A stretch of 60,508 nucleotides of DNA from a virus (Duplodnaviria; Caudoviricetes): positions 1 through 60,508 of the IMG/VR virus record IMGVR_UViG_3300030085_001554; one strand, written 5' to 3'. Made by a program: the position numbers and the translations under genes. Positions 35,178-44,704 of the stretch are shown in pieces. The notes below the pieces were generated by a model, which saw nothing but the letters and a program-made list of their open reading frames with translations, was not told the DNA's origin and did no database searches. Numbering within the stretch: position 1 is the stretch's first letter; each line of letters starts with the position of its first letter.

Positions 35178-36802
35178 TATGATGGAACTGTATTTTGGTT
35201 AACCGCACTCATGTTACTAGCAGTTGTGCTTTCTTGGTTTAGAGCTTTGCCAAAAAGAGCCGCTGATGTTTCTTGGAAGTAGATGTGGTCGATGGCAAAG
35301 TCTCCTTTAAATGAGCTTGATGGTGCAGCAGTCTCCCCAGTCTCAAGCCGATCAGTATTATGGGTCGTATTAGTACCGGTGTTTGCAGAGTAAGCAAAGT
35401 AGATGTAGTATGTTTCGTCTACTGCTCTATACGTATCAAGGTTTATTGTAACCTTAGCCCAGTCTTGCGATAGGCCGCTACTAGCTCCCGTGTCATAGTT
35501 TGTAAACGTAAACTCACTGCCTATAGCAGTAGCGCCTGTTGTTTTACCCCCAGAGGCATACTGCTTTACTTTTGTGGTAGGATTACTAGGCGATGTAATC
35601 GTTCTGCACTCTAGGTTTCTAAGAAGAGTTGCTTGACCATCACCAGATGTATCTGCATCGTCTATATAAACAGACAGTCCGCCACAGGTTGCTCCGTGTG
35701 CGTGTATATAGAAGCATAAGTCTAACTGATTAGAAGTGTCACTCATGGTAGTGCTAAAGTTTATGCCCACAGTGCGACATACTTTAACATGATTTCTGCC
35801 GTCTTGTCCTGTTGTCTCCGAGAAAATAAATTTAGTTGTATTATCTACGGCGGTGCTTGACGCAAGAGAAGACGGAAGGTTGCTAACATCTACTCCGGAG
35901 GGAGGACCTGTGCCTGTAGACGCAGTTGCTCTATCCCCATTTTGAGAGTTAGGGCCCATAAACCACTCTGCGGCTTCTTGGCTAGACCGTATACTGGGGG
36001 TGTTGTTGTTTGAGCTAGGCTTCCAGTTAAACGCTGCTGAGGCATTTGCGCCATTAGCCCATCCAGACATATTTAATAGACCTACTATGTTTGGGTCGGA
36101 CGGATTCCATCCACCTGTGTCGCTGTGAGTGCTATCAGTTTGTCTAACCTGCCCGGCGAAGGTAAAAGTACCCAGTGTGGTGCCCGATGTGAGTACAGTG
36201 GGAGTTGATGATGGTACAGCGGCTGCGTTGATAGGTATTGTATTCCACGTATCTATTGTACCGAATGAGGGAACGGTGTAGTGTATATTTAAAGAAGGCG
36301 ATATAACGAGACCAGCCATGCCAAGCGTATCATGCCCCATCATTCTTAGGGAGGCACTTGCGCTGTTACTAGCAGTACGAATAATAAGGCCTATATCATC
36401 TACTTGTGCACCAGTAACCGATAGGTTGTGCATGCTGGTAGAACCACCTGCAGTACTATGAAATGTGCCTGCACCACTAGTGCTCGGAGGAAGTACAGTA
36501 GTTGTTTGCCCAGGAGTAGTACCTGAAGTTTCAAACAAAGCAGGGGTCAGCTGGAATGAACAGTTAGTTGCCGCACTAGTACGGACAGCTATCCGCATTT
36601 CTATACCTACAACTGTAGCATTACTAGGCACAGAGTGTGTTATTCCGCTCAGTATTACCTGATCAGTAACAGTTGACATGTCAGCCTGACCGCTGTACTG
36701 GCTACCTCCAGCTGCTGTAGCCCGGAGGCTCTCTGCCTCAGACTGAGTAACCCCATTAGTTGACTCAACCGTATTAAGCCTTGTAAATCCAGTACTAGGC
36801 AT
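35177..36802 (-). CDS. Putative fibre tip / receptor-binding protein with MAM-like domain
   Basis: S/T/G-rich beta protein in the fibre cluster. STGTGP, FIFSET, FYIHAHG, GGLSVY, WAKVTINL and GDFAIDHI appear in MAM-domain order. Confidence 0.6.
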   Translation of the reverse strand: MPSTGFTRLNTVESTNGVTQSEAESLRATAAGGSQYSGQADMSTVTDQVILSGITHSVPSNATVVGIEMRIAVRTSAATNCSFQLTPALFETSGTTPGQTTTVLPPSTSGAGTFHSTAGGSTSMHNLSVTGAQVDDIGLIIRTASNSASASLRMMGHDTLGMAGLVISPSLNIHYTVPSFGTIDTWNTIPINAAAVPSSTPTVLTSGTTLGTFTFAGQVRQTDSTHSDTGGWNPSDPNIVGLLNMSGWANGANASAAFNWKPSSNNNTPSIRSSQEAAEWFMGPNSQNGDRATASTGTGPPSGVDVSNLPSSLASSTAVDNTTKFIFSETTGQDGRNHVKVCRTVGINFSTTMSDTSNQLDLCFYIHAHGATCGGLSVYIDDADTSGDGQATLLRNLECRTITSPSNPTTKVKQYASGGKTTGATAIGSEFTFTNYDTGASSGLSQDWAKVTINLDTYRAVDETYYIYFAYSANTGTNTTHNTDRLETGETAAPSSSFKGDFAIDHIYFQETSAALFGKALNQESTTASNMSAVNQNTVPS

Positions 36803-38319
36803 TAGTTCAGTTGTATGAAGTCAGTAGAGGGCTTGAAGTATACTACATAGTGGCTATTGTCTGAATAAAGGGCGTAACCTAAGTGTCGCACATAGTGGTT
36901 CGCTGTATTAGGTACTGTAAAGGTGAACTTACCCGCCTCCGTATTATCTAGATACAAGATGCCACCTTCAGTAAAAGTTCCATTCACCTGCTGAGCAGGG
37001 ACGTTTACTATTCCTTCAGTCAATAAGATTGCACTAGCCTCCGAGGCATAGGTGTCATCTGCGTAATACCCAATAAACCCAATTGCAGTTGCTGCTGCGT
37101 TGGCTCTTGCAAGTTGTAGAGCTGGACCAGAGCTATCGTAGAATGTGTATAGCATTCTAGTCGTTAAATCCACAGTCGCAAAGTGCAGAGCTATGTGAGT
37201 TCCGTTACTAGCACCTTCCACAAGAGTGCCTTCGACATCTAACCCGCTGTCCCCTACAGCGTTAGTAGCATCTAAAAGAAACCCTGAGGGTTTTTTACCG
37301 TTAGACTTACAGTGTATTACACCTGTGTTCTGTAAGAGGGGGAAAGAGGGCGTGTTATTAGACCCACTCTGGCTAACCGAGTGGTCGTTGTACGTCAAAT
37401 ACTGCTCAGCATCAATGTTAGTGTTGCTGTTTCCAGCTGTAAGCACCCGGTTTTCTGCATACGTGTCTATTGGGGAATCCAACCCCCCACTTTGAGCTAC
37501 AAATGATAGAGCACCAGCACCATTTGTCTTTAGCACGTGGCCATCACTTCCATCGGCAGATGGCAAAGTGAATGTTAGGTCAGAGCCGAGGTTAGTATTA
37601 GGAGCTTTTAGGATAACCCCTTTATCTCCGTTCTGTGATGGTTCTCTAAGCTTGATCTCTCCGCCATCACTTTTATCAAACCTAACATCGGCACCAAAAA
37701 CCCAGTGGTCCTCACTGTCATCATAGAAAAGTTTGCTAGTTACGCCATCTTTGATGTTAAAGTCGTTGCCGGCCATGTCTAACTCTCTATTTGCAGAGAG
37801 AGACAGGTTTGTGTTCCCTATATTGGTAGACAAGCTAGCTGACGAGGCAAATGCAAGTTGGTTACTTGTAGTGTGATACAGAAGCTCCCCACTCTGTGGA
37901 GCAACTTTCGGCAGGATGAGAGTTACATTTGAACTAATACTTGAAGCAGCCTGAAGAGAAGTAAAGTTGGTTGGACTGCCACCTGCTTCGTAGAACTTAA
38001 GGATGTTTGTTGTACCTGCAGTATCTATTGTGTTTTGGAGACGAATCTCACTGGTATCAAGCCCTATCAGAGAAACTATAGTATCTAAGCTGTTTCCATT
38101 CGAAAAGTTCCTTAACAAGAACCTGTTGACTGTTTGACTGTTCTCTGAATCTGTATGCCGTATAGCGAAGTTAGCCTGCGTGTCGGCAGAGCCAAAGTCT
38201 GGCGTAGTTAGCGTCAGATTCCTAGTTACGGTGGCACCTGACCCAGGCGTAGGGGTAGACTGATCGGCTGACCCAATGTTGCCGTCCTCTTCAGTAAGTA
38301 TTTTCTTCCATGTGGCCAT
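36802..38319 (-). CDS. Tail fibre protein (505 aa)
   Basis: Two fibre repeats (VTLILP..GELLY..NQLAF and LTFTLP.ADG..GHVLKT.G.G.LSF). The C-terminal ARANAA..EG..LYL..G..T..P..VR.LG domain is common in fibres. Confidence 0.7.
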   Translation of the reverse strand: MATWKKILTEEDGNIGSADQSTPTPGSGATVTRNLTLTTPDFGSADTQANFAIRHTDSENSQTVNRFLLRNFSNGNSLDTIVSLIGLDTSEIRLQNTIDTAGTTNILKFYEAGGSPTNFTSLQAASSISSNVTLILPKVAPQSGELLYHTTSNQLAFASSASLSTNIGNTNLSLSANRELDMAGNDFNIKDGVTSKLFYDDSEDHWVFGADVRFDKSDGGEIKLREPSQNGDKGVILKAPNTNLGSDLTFTLPSADGSDGHVLKTNGAGALSFVAQSGGLDSPIDTYAENRVLTAGNSNTNIDAEQYLTYNDHSVSQSGSNNTPSFPLLQNTGVIHCKSNGKKPSGFLLDATNAVGDSGLDVEGTLVEGASNGTHIALHFATVDLTTRMLYTFYDSSGPALQLARANAAATAIGFIGYYADDTYASEASAILLTEGIVNVPAQQVNGTFTEGGILYLDNTEAGKFTFTVPNTANHYVRHLGYALYSDNSHYVVYFKPSTDFIQLN

Positions 38320-38330
38320 GTGCTGCTATT

Positions 38331-38510
38331 TTACTTAGCAGCTTCAAGACCAGCCGCCGCTTCTCTCTTTTCTTCTAGCTTTTGCAAGCGTACAAATTCT
38401 TTATCAAGCTTCTCTATTGTTTTGGATACACTGGGAGCATCTGATGCCTTGATGTTAACCTGTTCAACTGCCTGCTTGAGAAAGTAGATTTCACTAATGT
38501 CTAATTTCAT
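38331..38510 (-). CDS. Small helical protein (59 aa), possible fibre chaperone
   Basis: Translated by hand, below the ORF-track cut-off: MKLDISEIYFLKQAVEQVNIKASDAPSVSKTIEKLDKEFVRLQKLEEKREAAAGLEAAK. Has an A/C-rich leader. Confidence 0.7.
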   Translation of the reverse strand: MKLDISEIYFLKQAVEQVNIKASDAPSVSKTIEKLDKEFVRLQKLEEKREAAAGLEAAK

Positions 38511-38529
38511 TGTGTTTGGTTTAGGATGA

Positions 38530-38703
38530 TTACTTAGCCTTAAGCTGATTTTGCAGCTTGACTACAACGTCTGCCAACAAAAGTACATCTTTTCCTTCGA
38601 AGTTGGTCTCGTGGATCACCTTCAAAAGTAAAGACAGCTCCTGTTGGGTCAGGGTGTCAGTGCTTACAGCACCAACATCCCTGCCCTTATTCAGAAGCCC
38701 CAT
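38530..38703 (-). CDS. Small helical protein (57 aa), possible fibre chaperone
   Basis: Translated by hand: MGLLNKGRDVGAVSTDTLTQQELSLLLKVIHETNFEGKDVLLLADVVVKLQNQLKAK. TAATG-coupled to the upstream fibre gene. Confidence 0.7.
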   Translation of the reverse strand: MGLLNKGRDVGAVSTDTLTQQELSLLLKVIHETNFEGKDVLLLADVVVKLQNQLKAK

Positions 38704-39878
38704 TACAATACCCTCAAGTACAGTTCGCCTGCGGCAGTGCCAATGTTTGAAGAGGCAAAGTAGAATGAGCCAATACCAGCAGAGTTGCCATTAGGAGCCG
38801 TAGCAGAGTCTCCAACCATTTCCATCACAGCGATGGGGAAGAGAGCTTGGTTCGTTGCTTGGTGGTTCTTGAGACCCCAACCCGTAAGTCCAGCTGCTGT
38901 ACCCGAACCATCGTAGGTTCCATCGTTAGATGCACCGAGGTCTTTAGTCCACTCAAATCTTGGGCGGTGGGACGCGGTGGCTGAAGTCTCAACCTCAAGA
39001 CCTGCCGCAGTACCAGTGTCAGGAGTTGGGGTGTCGTTCGTGGCGACCAAGATAATGTGGTCTTCGACATTAAGGTTGGTGGTGTTAACGGTAGTGGTCG
39101 TACCGCCGACGGTGAGGTTACCAGTCAATGTAAGATTGGTAAACTGTGGGTTGTCGCCAGTTCCAAGTCCAAGTGAGGTTCTAGCCGTATTGCCAGATTC
39201 GTAAGCAAATGTGCCTGCACCAGTAGCTACGATAAGCTGTCCATCAGAACCTGCCGCACCAAGAGTGTCGAGGTCTTCAAGCACGCCATCTACAGCAATG
39301 TTGACCGTTGTGTTGCCGCTTTGGTTTACAGTAAACGTCTGGTTTGAACCACTGATACCCGCACCCGGAGCAACAGTAATTGTACCGTTTCCGGGAGTAG
39401 AGGTCTGAGAATCGACGTAAGCCTTAATAGACTGCTGCGTAGCAAGAGCCGTAGCAGAGTCAGAGGTCATGTTGTCCTCGTCCTTAATCTCTACGAGGGT
39501 GGACGGGCTGCCACTAGACCCAGACACGTTACCAAGAACCCGCAGGTCGGCGATGTCTGCAAGACTAATATCAACGTCAGCATCCGAGCCAACAAGCACG
39601 TTGTTCTGACCTCCAGTCAGACCGCCACTAGTTGTCAAGTCCCGAGCGGCTGCCGTTGATGCAAGGAAGTCACCTGTTGCAGCAAAGGCCGCCGTTCCAA
39701 GGTTCATCTCACTGATGCTCAAAGCACCAGAACTACCCCCAGAGTCGGCGGATGTTACGACATTAAACGTAGTCCCGGAGTTGCCCGACGTAATGTCAGT
39801 GCCAGCGGCCAGCGTTGCTGTAATAGAGCCAACCGTAATGTTAGCGTCTTGAATTAAGACTTTTTTCCATGTAGCCAT
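38703..39878 (-). CDS. Tail fibre protein (391 aa)
   Basis: Fibre motifs DEDNMTSDSATALATQQSIKAYVD, ARTSLGLG and LTLTGNLTVGGTTTTVNTTNLNVED. Confidence 0.75.
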   Translation of the reverse strand: MATWKKVLIQDANITVGSITATLAAGTDITSGNSGTTFNVVTSADSGGSSGALSISEMNLGTAAFAATGDFLASTAAARDLTTSGGLTGGQNNVLVGSDADVDISLADIADLRVLGNVSGSSGSPSTLVEIKDEDNMTSDSATALATQQSIKAYVDSQTSTPGNGTITVAPGAGISGSNQTFTVNQSGNTTVNIAVDGVLEDLDTLGAAGSDGQLIVATGAGTFAYESGNTARTSLGLGTGDNPQFTNLTLTGNLTVGGTTTTVNTTNLNVEDHIILVATNDTPTPDTGTAAGLEVETSATASHRPRFEWTKDLGASNDGTYDGSGTAAGLTGWGLKNHQATNQALFPIAVMEMVGDSATAPNGNSAGIGSFYFASSNIGTAAGELYLRVL

Positions 39879-39914
39879 AATATTATGTTTTTAAGTATGC
39901 TTTCGAAAGTGTTG

Positions 39915-39922
39915 TAAATATA
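39915..39922 (-). promoter_or_regulatory. Putative -7 box variant (TATATTTA)
   Basis: Lies in an AT-rich intergenic gap upstream of the fibre ATG at 39878. Confidence 0.4.
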
Positions 39923-39929
39923 GAGAAAA

Positions 39930-40418
39930 TTATGATGATACTCCAAAATAGAGATTATCATTATCGTCAGCATACATACCACCATCGAAAGCAGCCGGAG
40001 GTGTGCTGAATTGTTTAAACTCAACAGTACCGTTCAATTTAACTCGTCCAGTACCGTTAGGTGTAAATTGTATATGTCCATCGGATTCTGTGGTGGTTAT
40101 GATGTGGGCAGTAGACCCGTCATAAACATCTAGATTTCCACCCAACTGTGGGGTGGTATCTTCGACAACGTTTTCTAAACCAGACCCTACAGAGCTCCAG
40201 TTAGCTGCATTTGTCCACCCGCCTCCGTTGTATACGAAGGCAGTAGGGCTACTTGTACCTACAATGGCAAGAAACCCGACGACTTGCAGGTTAGTAGACA
40301 GATTGTCCCTAGCTGTAGTGTCATCGAAGAATCCAAATCCTTTTATCTGATTGCCAGTCGCATCGAGGATCGGAGCATTCGCATTGTTATGTGATACTGG
40401 TCCTGGAAAGATTGGCAT
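39930..40418 (-). CDS. Fibre/adaptor protein (162 aa)
   Basis: Fibre motifs ARDNL..G....V..Y...W, VEDTTPQLGGNLD and FTPNGTGRV. Confidence 0.65.
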   Translation of the reverse strand: MPIFPGPVSHNNANAPILDATGNQIKGFGFFDDTTARDNLSTNLQVVGFLAIVGTSSPTAFVYNGGGWTNAANWSSVGSGLENVVEDTTPQLGGNLDVYDGSTAHIITTTESDGHIQFTPNGTGRVKLNGTVEFKQFSTPPAAFDGGMYADDNDNLYFGVSS

Positions 40419-41656
40419 TAGAAATCAATTTTTATTGTTTGACCTGATGCGAATGCATCGTCGAACGTGCTTCTGTAAAAGCGGTATGTTGTGGTTACAC
40501 CATAGTCATTGGTTATATCCTTCTCTACTACTGCTTCGAAGTCACTAAGCACGTCAGTAGAGTTGTTCAGTAGTATTTGGTTTGGGGCACCCCATGCAGA
40601 TGGGTAGGCCACCCAGGTAAACTTATTTGCAGTGTCCATACCTGCATCTGCTGTGGCAGTAAAGTCTCCTTGTGCTCTTAAGCTATCAAGCGGTGCAGTA
40701 AGTGTACCCCACAGTGTTTGTGCTGCGGCATTGTCTGCAATCGCGGTAGTTGTACTAGATCCTACGCGGACTCTGTAGTACCAGTTGAATGATATTGCTC
40801 CGCTCGTTATTGTAACGTTAGACCCACCTCCAGTGTCTGTAGCTTGTACTTTGTAGCTCTTAGTAGACTGGACAGTAAGGTCTCGCTCTAAGACAGAGGC
40901 AAGAGTCTTTGCCGCGTTGTCATCTGCAAAACCTGACTCTATGCTAGAGTTCCCCTCAAGAAAAACAACAGAGGTATCCCCCGTCTGCGTGTTGTCTGTG
41001 ATATTGTAGTTGAACCCTTGGAGCCTAAGCCCTTGTCCTACCTCTAACGTAGCACCACTGCTTACATTATTGAACGCCCCATACCCACTGCCTCCAGATG
41101 TAGTGTTCTGTAAAGCCCTGCTGACATTAGTCAGGCTGATAGACGTGACGTTGTACTTCTCCAACATGTTCCTAAGGACTGCCTCTATGTCCGTACCTAC
41201 TGTTATAGGTGTGGTCATATGAGAGAAAGCAGCGTCAGAGTTAGTGATATTGATAGCAGTCTGTATTGCACTGCTACCACCAGAGGCTTCTTCCCAGCTA
41301 TACGCGTCGCTCGAATACTTGAGGAACCTGCCGTTAGTTGGGGCAGGGATATCATCTAAGTCTTCTAGCTTGTGGGGGCTAGTCAGGAAGAACGCGTTTA
41401 GATTGGTGACAGTGGTAGACAGGTCAGAGCCCCATAGCGTGGTGCCGTCTGATTTGTAAATTGCAGTGTGGGCTAGCCCGATAAATACTTTGGTATCTGC
41501 AGGTGCGGCTATAAGATTTACGGCACCACCTTCTGCAACAGCGCTGAGCTCACGAGTGCTAAACTCACGAACTCCAATAACGCTATCGTCAGATGCGAGG
41601 GTGATTACGACATGCTCACCACCTTTTGCCTGTATCTTATATTTATTAGCCATCAC
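40418..41656 (-). CDS. Fibre-associated structural protein (412 aa)
   Basis: LEDLDD..PTNG.FLKY....W fibre repeat and a beta-rich C-terminus (WVAYP..WG..Y.FYRS). Confidence 0.6.
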   Translation of the reverse strand: MMANKYKIQAKGGEHVVITLASDDSVIGVREFSTRELSAVAEGGAVNLIAAPADTKVFIGLAHTAIYKSDGTTLWGSDLSTTVTNLNAFFLTSPHKLEDLDDIPAPTNGRFLKYSSDAYSWEEASGGSSAIQTAINITNSDAAFSHMTTPITVGTDIEAVLRNMLEKYNVTSISLTNVSRALQNTTSGGSGYGAFNNVSSGATLEVGQGLRLQGFNYNITDNTQTGDTSVVFLEGNSSIESGFADDNAAKTLASVLERDLTVQSTKSYKVQATDTGGGSNVTITSGAISFNWYYRVRVGSSTTTAIADNAAAQTLWGTLTAPLDSLRAQGDFTATADAGMDTANKFTWVAYPSAWGAPNQILLNNSTDVLSDFEAVVEKDITNDYGVTTTYRFYRSTFDDAFASGQTIKIDF

Positions 41657-43038
41657 TCAATTCTTAACGTGCCCGCAGTTACTCTTGCTCCCGTCAATCC
41701 AGGGTTACCAGATTGGATTGGGATTCTAATAAACACAGTGCCAGACTGCACACTACCAACCAGAGTCGTCTCATCGCCCTGGATCTGAGTGCTGTTGCCT
41801 GTGAGGGTGTAGGTAGTGCTACCCACAATAGTTTCCTGTGCAGTGTCATTGTTGACCAACACAACCTCAACGTCAAGATCTCCTGCACCGTCGTCGTTGA
41901 ACTCAACAGTGTAGGAGTAAGTCAATGTCATAGACGAAGCAAGTCCGCTCAGTAAGAACTGGTCAGAGCCGTACGTAATGACAGAGGTGCCGAGAACGGT
42001 GCTGATCTCGTCACTAGGTGGGTTGGCAAGTTTGACTGCAGCAGTAACACCTGCAGCAATATTCACCGTAGCAATTGTACTAGAGCTCCAGTAGACACTG
42101 GTAGTTCTACGCGTAAGATTTGTTGCAGCAGTCTTGGTCGGTATACGATTCGAGATAGGCATACCATCGATGAGGTACTTACCCTTGTCTCTATCGAGAG
42201 ACTCTCTTCTGTTAAGACCAGCAAAGCCTTCTGCGTGTCTGTTGATGTTCGGGATGAGTCTGACGAACTGATCCATGAACGATTCGTACCCGTCAATGTC
42301 TGGGTAGTTAGCTGCATTACGAGCTTGTGTGCAGTAGTATCTCCACTTACCGTCTGCAAACTCGTACCCAATGCCGTTCTGTGACGGGGTCATGTTGCCC
42401 AAGAGCATCTTCTTGTAGACATACCAGAACATAGCTTCTTTGAAGCTGATGTCGTCTGGGACCATAGGGTAGCAGTCATCGTCGACAGGAAACGCCATGT
42501 AGCTTACGCAAACCTTACCGGTTGGGAATGACGTTTTGATTTTGTCTGCTTCGATGTAGTAGCACCGGGAAGACACCTGATTGTCGTGGATACAGTCAGG
42601 GCAGTCTGCAGTCTTGGGGAAGTTTGTTCTGCACTTATTGAGCACGGTTATCCCGTCATCAGCTCCTAGCTGGTTTTCAAGAACCTGCAGCCTGGAGTTG
42701 ATCTCATTGAGCGTATAGTTAGATGCGGCACTGCCATTAACAATGTTGTCTATTTGCTCTAAAAGGGTATCCATCTGCTGTGAGATGATGATACCCTCTT
42801 CGGTTTCGTTAAGTGCAACCTGGTTGATGTAGAACAGATCGTTAGGAAGTGCTGCCTTGTAGTCTTTTGTAGTTATCACACAGGTCTTTTTCTCTAGCTG
42901 TGGTGCAGCTCCTATGTGCTCTAACGCTTCTCCGATCCACTCGATAGCATCATCTATCCAGTTATCCGTGTTCGGGTTAATGTCCCGAAAGATCTTACGG
43001 ATAATGGCCTTACTAGATATCGTCTTATATATTGCCAT
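41653..43038 (-). CDS. Tail ring / tubular protein with C-terminal extension
   Basis: IEWIGEAL, LPND, IKTSF..G.V..SY...P.DDD.YPMVPD and W..YC.QA resemble crAss ring proteins. Confidence 0.65.
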   Translation of the reverse strand: MAIYKTISSKAIIRKIFRDINPNTDNWIDDAIEWIGEALEHIGAAPQLEKKTCVITTKDYKAALPNDLFYINQVALNETEEGIIISQQMDTLLEQIDNIVNGSAASNYTLNEINSRLQVLENQLGADDGITVLNKCRTNFPKTADCPDCIHDNQVSSRCYYIEADKIKTSFPTGKVCVSYMAFPVDDDCYPMVPDDISFKEAMFWYVYKKMLLGNMTPSQNGIGYEFADGKWRYYCTQARNAANYPDIDGYESFMDQFVRLIPNINRHAEGFAGLNRRESLDRDKGKYLIDGMPISNRIPTKTAATNLTRRTTSVYWSSSTIATVNIAAGVTAAVKLANPPSDEISTVLGTSVITYGSDQFLLSGLASSMTLTYSYTVEFNDDGAGDLDVEVVLVNNDTAQETIVGSTTYTLTGNSTQIQGDETTLVGSVQSGTVFIRIPIQSGNPGLTGARVTAGTLRIE

Positions 43039-43507
43039 GTTTTCTGAATCTGAGGTATGCTAGTTCGTCTTCTTTAAGCAGCTTAGTTAACTTCTCCTTG
43101 TTCCCCTTTACTCCACGGGTAGGGGTAAACCTGTACGCTGTCTTGTTGGGAATCTTGCACCTGTGCTTTTCCCAGTGATACTTACAGTACCAGGGGTCAG
43201 TGTAGTATATAAACCACTTCTCCCCCTCAGGATTGTCCTCGGAGTACAGCGTCTTCCCCTGGGACAATAGTTCCTGTTTGTACTTGTTACTCTCCCACCA
43301 ATCTATCGTAGGCTTGGACGGGTTGCGCTCAATCCTACGGATAGAAAGGTTTGAGAGATTGTTCTTCATGTTGAACGCACTGCCCTCAAGGATACCGTTT
43401 ATCACAGCTATGTTGAACGTTTCGCAGATTTCCTTAAACAACTTCTTGCTTATAGGATTCTCGACGGTCTTCGTGTAGCTGCTGTAGATATCCTTGAGAG
43501 TGTGCAT
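43025..43507 (-). CDS. IHF/HU-like protein of the crAss structural module
   Basis: ILEG..F.M...L..LSI, IDWWES, YYTD..Y.K.HW and YRFTPTR, in the expected position next to the ring gene. Confidence 0.55.
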   Translation of the reverse strand: MHTLKDIYSSYTKTVENPISKKLFKEICETFNIAVINGILEGSAFNMKNNLSNLSIRRIERNPSKPTIDWWESNKYKQELLSQGKTLYSEDNPEGEKWFIYYTDPWYCKYHWEKHRCKIPNKTAYRFTPTRGVKGNKEKLTKLLKEDELAYLRFRKHGNI

Positions 43508-43511
43508 TCAA

Positions 43512-44681
43512 TTACTTCTTCTTGCCCTTACCAGACTTACCTGAGCGGATCTTAGCGGCTTCTCGCTTACCAAAGTCAGACTTTACGCGTGCCATAGCCC
43601 ATGCGTGCTGAGATGTTTTAGGACGGTTACCCGAAGACATGTATGCAGCTAAGCCTCTACGATACACTTCTTTCTGTGCAGCAGAGAGACCGGACATACC
43701 GCCCCCTTTTTTACCACCTTTCTGAAACACACCTCTGCCTTTTAAGACATCGGCACGAGTTACTTTACCGTCTCCAGTCAGGTCTGGGAACGAGCCTTTA
43801 GCGTTTTTTTTTTTACCGCCTGGTTGGTAGGACATCTTCTTACCATAACCTCCCATTCCCATCTTCTTACCTCCGTACATCATGGGTCTGTTGATGTCCT
43901 TCTCAAGCTTCTTCATGTCATCAGCAGACACCTTGGAAGCAGCAGTAGTATTAGGCTTACGTTTTGCAGCGCGGTCAGCTTGTCTTTTAGCACGACGGTT
44001 ACGTCTGTCCTTCATACGCTGATCTGCTTTATCAGCACGTTCCCTCTTACGATCACCTTTTAAACTAGTAGTAGGGGGCCGGGTGCCTGTGGGCTTTGGA
44101 GTTGCCGGCTTTTTAATCGTAGGAGTTGGGCGCTCGTTAGAAATCGGCTTGGCCTCTTTTTTCGCAGTAACAGGCGTCATGTTAGGACCACGACTAGTTG
44201 ACCCAGGAGTCTGTGCAGGTCTGCCTGTTCCACGAGGTCTTCCAGTAGCAGGATCTCTATTCTCTGCAAACGGCTCACGCTCAGGACGATTGGTCGGCCC
44301 TTTGCCATATGCTTTGTTAATCTTGTTCTGGTAGTAGTTGTATTCTTTACTGCCTTTAGAATACTCTTTTCTCTTCTTGATGTACTCGGCAAGCTTAGGA
44401 TCTTTCCTTTTAGCTGCGGCGTACTTTGCTTCATTTCCAGCCCTGGTGCCTACAGGAGTACCGCTATTTCCAGCACTTCTAGGAGGGTTAGGAGAGTTAC
44501 GAGTAGTCTCTTCTTGCATTTCTCTCCGACGAGCATTTGACAGCGAGTTTGCAGTACGCTCACCAGCAGACTGCATCTTTTTGGGGCCGCCGAACTTTAC
44601 TTCTTTGCCGGGCTCCAAGAAGCTGCCCTTCTTGTACATTTTCTTGCCTCTTTTCTTCGAGGACTTTTTCATATATGCCAT
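43512..44681 (-). CDS. Very basic, low-complexity modular protein (about 389 aa)
   Basis: K/R/G/P-rich, with repeated xxxGG motifs, FPDLTGDGKVTRADVL and VYRRGLAAY..GNRP....AWAMARV. I chose start 44681 (MAYMKK) to avoid overlap with the upstream gene. Confidence 0.65.
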   Translation of the reverse strand: MAYMKKSSKKRGKKMYKKGSFLEPGKEVKFGGPKKMQSAGERTANSLSNARRREMQEETTRNSPNPPRSAGNSGTPVGTRAGNEAKYAAAKRKDPKLAEYIKKRKEYSKGSKEYNYYQNKINKAYGKGPTNRPEREPFAENRDPATGRPRGTGRPAQTPGSTSRGPNMTPVTAKKEAKPISNERPTPTIKKPATPKPTGTRPPTTSLKGDRKRERADKADQRMKDRRNRRAKRQADRAAKRKPNTTAASKVSADDMKKLEKDINRPMMYGGKKMGMGGYGKKMSYQPGGKKKNAKGSFPDLTGDGKVTRADVLKGRGVFQKGGKKGGGMSGLSAAQKEVYRRGLAAYMSSGNRPKTSQHAWAMARVKSDFGKREAAKIRSGKSGKGKKK

Positions 44682-44704
44682 AGTTTCTAAGTTGTTCTTG
44701 TTGA

